From Candidatus Micrarchaeia archaeon (GTDB taxonomy: Archaea > Micrarchaeota > Micrarchaeia > Burarchaeales > JACRGF01), in assembly GCA_038870455.1 (NCBI GenBank), contig JAWCPB010000007.1, positions 1-36,714 on the forward strand: a stretch of DNA of 36,714 bases, in the 5' to 3' direction. Shown here in pieces: positions 33,868 to 36,714 of the stretch (positions within the stretch are counted from its first letter, which is position 1; the number at the start of each line of letters is the position of its first letter). A model generated the notes under the pieces. It worked only from the letters and a program-made list of their open reading frames with translations. It was not told the origin of the DNA and did not search any database. The position numbers and the translations under genes are program-made.

Positions 33868-35658
33868 TCACCTTTTCCTCTTCCGAATTTCCTGCACCTC
33901 GCCCGCCTCAACCCTCAGCCTGTACTTGGCCATGAACGCGGCAAGATCCTTTCCCTCCTTCTCAACAATACTCTTCAACTCTTTTCCCGAAATCCTGGCC
34001 AGCCCCAGCTCGCTCACCGCCCCGGCGGTGTCCCTTTCTGGATGCCGCGCCAGGAAAGCCAGGATGTCCGGAGCCGCCGCCTTTGCGAAAACCCCGCGCG
34101 CGAAGGCGGCGAAAAACTCCGCCAGCCTGTCATCGCCAATCCTCTCGACTGCAACCCCTTTTCGGGCGAGCGCCCGCAGCGTCTCCTCGAGCGTTGCCGC
34201 GGCGAACACGGGCTCGCACCCACCCGCGACCGCTCTTTCAAACAGGCCGAGCCTCTTCGAGCGCAGCATTTTTTCTGCGAGCTCGGCAGGCAGCGCTTTC
34301 AGCAGCTCGCCCCGCCTCTCCTCAAGCGGTTTCGGAAGCGCCCTGGAAATTCTCTCAACCAACTCCGCGGTTATCCTTACGGGCTGCGCGTCGGTCTCCG
34401 GGTACATGCGCGCCCGCCCTGGAAGCGGCCTCATGTAGGAGGTCGTGCCGTCCGGATTGGCGCGCCGCGTCTCCTCAGGAATGAAGTCCGCGGCGGCTCT
34501 TTTCGCAACCTCGGCGAGCGCCTTCTTTCCTGTTTCTTCTCCGGCGGCCACGAGCACCCAAGCGTCTTCTGCCGCGCAGGAAAGCGCGCGCGAGAGCGCG
34601 CTCCTCTCATCCTGCGAAACGCCGTATTTCGCCAAGTCTTCGTCGCTGTGGATTATGCCCTTGACTCCGGCTGCCCTCGCGTAGTCGGCGAGCTCGGTGC
34701 CGAACCGCCTTCCCGGCCCGAGCTCTCTCCCCAGCAGGCCGGCGAGTTTCGGAAGCCGCAGCGCCAGCACGCGCTCGCCCCGCTCGAGCGCGGCCTTCAG
34801 AATCCTTGCCTGCGTGGCCGCGAACAACGCGCTCACATCAGCCACACCCGCCTCAAAACCAATTTTTCCCCCGAACCTCGCCCTCGCCTCGGCGAGGATT
34901 TCCAGCAGCGCGCGCTGCCTTTTCACCTCGTTTTCTACAAGCGCCGAAACCAGCGCGAGCTCCTGCGCGCCTTTTATCTCCACGCGCGCCCCTCCCTCCA
35001 CGCTCACGTTGATGTCCTGCCGAATGGTGCCGATGCCGCGCATCACCTTGCCCGTAGACCTCAACACCAGGCCGATTTTCTCAGCAGTTTCCCTCGCATG
35101 CTCGGGTGATGCGAGCGTGGGTTCTGTGGCGATCTCAACGAGCGGAATGCCGAGGCGGTCGAGCCTGTACGTCGCCGCGCCCTCCTTCTCCCCGACTATT
35201 CCCGCGCTCTCCTCCTCGAGGCAGATGGTCGGGATGCGCACTTCCCCCGCGCTCGTGGCCAGCCTTCCGTTCAACGCCACAACGGCGGTTCTCTGGAACC
35301 CGCCCGTGTTGCTGCCATCAATGACGATCTTCCTCATGACCTGGACCTCGTCCACGGGCCTCGCCTTGAGCAGCAGCGCGATCTCAAGCGCGGCCTCGAG
35401 CGCCTTTGGGTTCAGGGCGTGCGGAGGCTCCTCATCCAGCTCGACGAGGCAGCTCGCGTCGTCAAAAACCTGGTAGGCAAAGCGCCTGTCGCGCAGCGCC
35501 TCGAACTGCGCCGCCACGTCAATCTCTCCGAGCTCGCTGGCCACGGGATGAAGCCTGCGCAGTACCACCCCGCTCGCCTCACCCTTAGCTTCGCTGGCGC
35601 AGCCGCAGAACAGCTTTCCGGCATCAAGCCTCTGGTGAATCTCGAGCCCGCACTTCAC
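33868..35658 (-). CDS. gatE: Glu-tRNA(Gln) amidotransferase subunit E
   Basis: GTG start overlapping the gatD stop; CGLEIHQRL, KLFC, CLVELDEEPPH, IDGSNTGGFQRT, DRLGIPLVEI, GTIRQDINVS, RPLPGRARMYPETD. Confidence 0.97.
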   Translation of the reverse strand: MKCGLEIHQRLDAGKLFCGCASEAKGEASGVVLRRLHPVASELGEIDVAAQFEALRDRRFAYQVFDDASCLVELDEEPPHALNPKALEAALEIALLLKARPVDEVQVMRKIVIDGSNTGGFQRTAVVALNGRLATSAGEVRIPTICLEEESAGIVGEKEGAATYRLDRLGIPLVEIATEPTLASPEHARETAEKIGLVLRSTGKVMRGIGTIRQDINVSVEGGARVEIKGAQELALVSALVENEVKRQRALLEILAEARARFGGKIGFEAGVADVSALFAATQARILKAALERGERVLALRLPKLAGLLGRELGPGRRFGTELADYARAAGVKGIIHSDEDLAKYGVSQDERSALSRALSCAAEDAWVLVAAGEETGKKALAEVAKRAAADFIPEETRRANPDGTTSYMRPLPGRARMYPETDAQPVRITAELVERISRALPKPLEERRGELLKALPAELAEKMLRSKRLGLFERAVAGGCEPVFAAATLEETLRALARKGVAVERIGDDRLAEFFAAFARGVFAKAAAPDILAFLARHPERDTAGAVSELGLARISGKELKSIVEKEGKDLAAFMAKYRLRVEAGEVQEIRKRKR

Positions 35659-36714
35659 TCTATCATACTCCGTGCGCTCATCTCGCCCGCGTAATTCGTC
35701 AGCATCATCTCCTCCACTTTTTTCAGCTCCCTCGTGTGCCCGAGCACCCAGGCGAGCTTGGCTAGCGCGGTCTCGGGCAGCCAGTCGCATCCGTCGCCGA
35801 TCGCGCCCAGCGCCTTGAGCGTCCGGCCTGTCGTGTACACATTCAGGTTTATCCTGCCGAACAGCGTCTGCGGAGCCAACACGACCGCAACGCCGCTGGC
35901 GATGAGCGACTTGAGGGCGGGAACAAGCGAGACAGCCAGCTTGTCCCCAAAAGGGTTTGTGGGCAGCGCGCTCTCCAGCCCTGTCCCTGCAAAAACAACC
36001 CCATCGTAGTAGTCTGCCAGTTTGGCCACGAACTTCGGCGAGATGCCCGGATGCACCCAAATCAAGCCCACCCTCGGGTTTATCCTGTCATCCAGCTCCA
36101 GCTGCCTCTTCTCATCCCTCTTTCTGTAATCACTCATTCCCTCGAACTTTCTCTCCCTGTACCACACGCGCGCGAGCGGCCGCGCGTTCACGCTCTTGAA
36201 CGCATCCCTTCTGCTCGTGTGCAGCTTCCTCACTTTCGTGCCCCTGTGCAGGAAGCAGTAGTCATCGTTGAGGGTGGCGTGCATGCACACCCCAACTTCG
36301 GCGCAGTCGCTTTTTGCCGCAATCACGCTGCAAACCAGGTTCATGGCGTTGTCGCTGCTTCCCCTGTCGGAGCTTCTCATCGAACCCACGAGCACGACCG
36401 GCACAGGCAGGTTTCTGAGCATGAAAGAAAGCGCCGCGGCCGTGTAGCCCATGGTGTCGGTGCCGTGCATGAGCACGATCCCCTGCGCCCCGCTCCTTAT
36501 TTCCTTCGCGACCTCTCGCGCAACCGCCTGCCAGTGCGCGGGCGTCATGTCCTCGCTCAGCAGGTCGAACAGTTTTCTTCCAGAAAAGGAGGCCAGCCCA
36601 CGCAGCTCCGGGAAAGCGAGGAGCAGGTCGCCGGGGGAGAAGGCAGGGAAGGCCGCACCCGTGGCGTACTCAACTCTTGAGGCGATTGTCCCACCGCAGC
36701 CGAGAATCGAAATG
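35655..36714 (-). CDS. gatD: Glu-tRNA(Gln) amidotransferase subunit D, 5'-partial
   Basis: Frame is open to the window end (ISILGCGGTIASRVEY..LLSEDM); HGTDTMGY, SSDRGSSD, KLHTSRRDAF; adjacent to gatE. Confidence 0.95.
   Translation of the reverse strand, partial: ISILGCGGTIASRVEYATGAAFPAFSPGDLLLAFPELRGLASFSGRKLFDLLSEDMTPAHWQAVAREVAKEIRSGAQGIVLMHGTDTMGYTAAALSFMLRNLPVPVVLVGSMRSSDRGSSDNAMNLVCSVIAAKSDCAEVGVCMHATLNDDYCFLHRGTKVRKLHTSRRDAFKSVNARPLARVWYRERKFEGMSDYRKRDEKRQLELDDRINPRVGLIWVHPGISPKFVAKLADYYDGVVFAGTGLESALPTNPFGDKLAVSLVPALKSLIASGVAVVLAPQTLFGRINLNVYTTGRTLKALGAIGDGCDWLPETALAKLAWVLGHTRELKKVEEMMLTNYAGEMSARSMIE

Noticed and set aside
1344-35476. Long antisense or alternate-frame ORFs (e.g. 1344-2705, 3958-5100, 8508-9635, 18326-19906, 30792-31955, 33814-35109)
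   Set aside because: They are shadows of well-supported genes in a high-GC genome, with no recognisable motifs or start signals.
1-36714. CRISPR array, rRNA or IS element
   Set aside because: No regularly spaced direct repeats, rRNA-like segments or transposase motifs were seen; almost all sequence is accounted for by CDSs.

Overview
GC-rich archaeal chromosomal window (gatDE, archaeal SHMT, EndoQ with PIP box, class III prepilins, BHB-type tRNA introns; the pilin types and tRNA introns suggest a DPANN/Micrarchaeota-like host, which is inference). The left part (1-14.3 kb) is mostly metabolic: glyA and a class I aminotransferase diverge from endoQ-purS-purQ-purL-purF-purD. These are followed by a degenerate KaiC-like protein, a stand-alone pilin, small genes, purM and a tRNA-Arg(GCG) on the minus strand that carries two non-canonical BHB introns (29/30 and 59/60). 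The centre (14.3-32.4 kb) holds two type IV/Tad-like pilus loci arranged as gene-for-gene mirror-image paralogues around a perfect 22-bp palindrome containing back-to-back TATA boxes, with a KaiC-like ATPase at the hinge. A winged-helix-like domain is a separate gene upstream of the secretion ATPase in one locus and is fused to the ATPase in the other. The right end has a Cys-rich membrane-anchored protein, gatE and partial gatD. No transposase, integrase, CRISPR array or rRNA was seen. All family assignments come from motif recognition by eye, with no database search.
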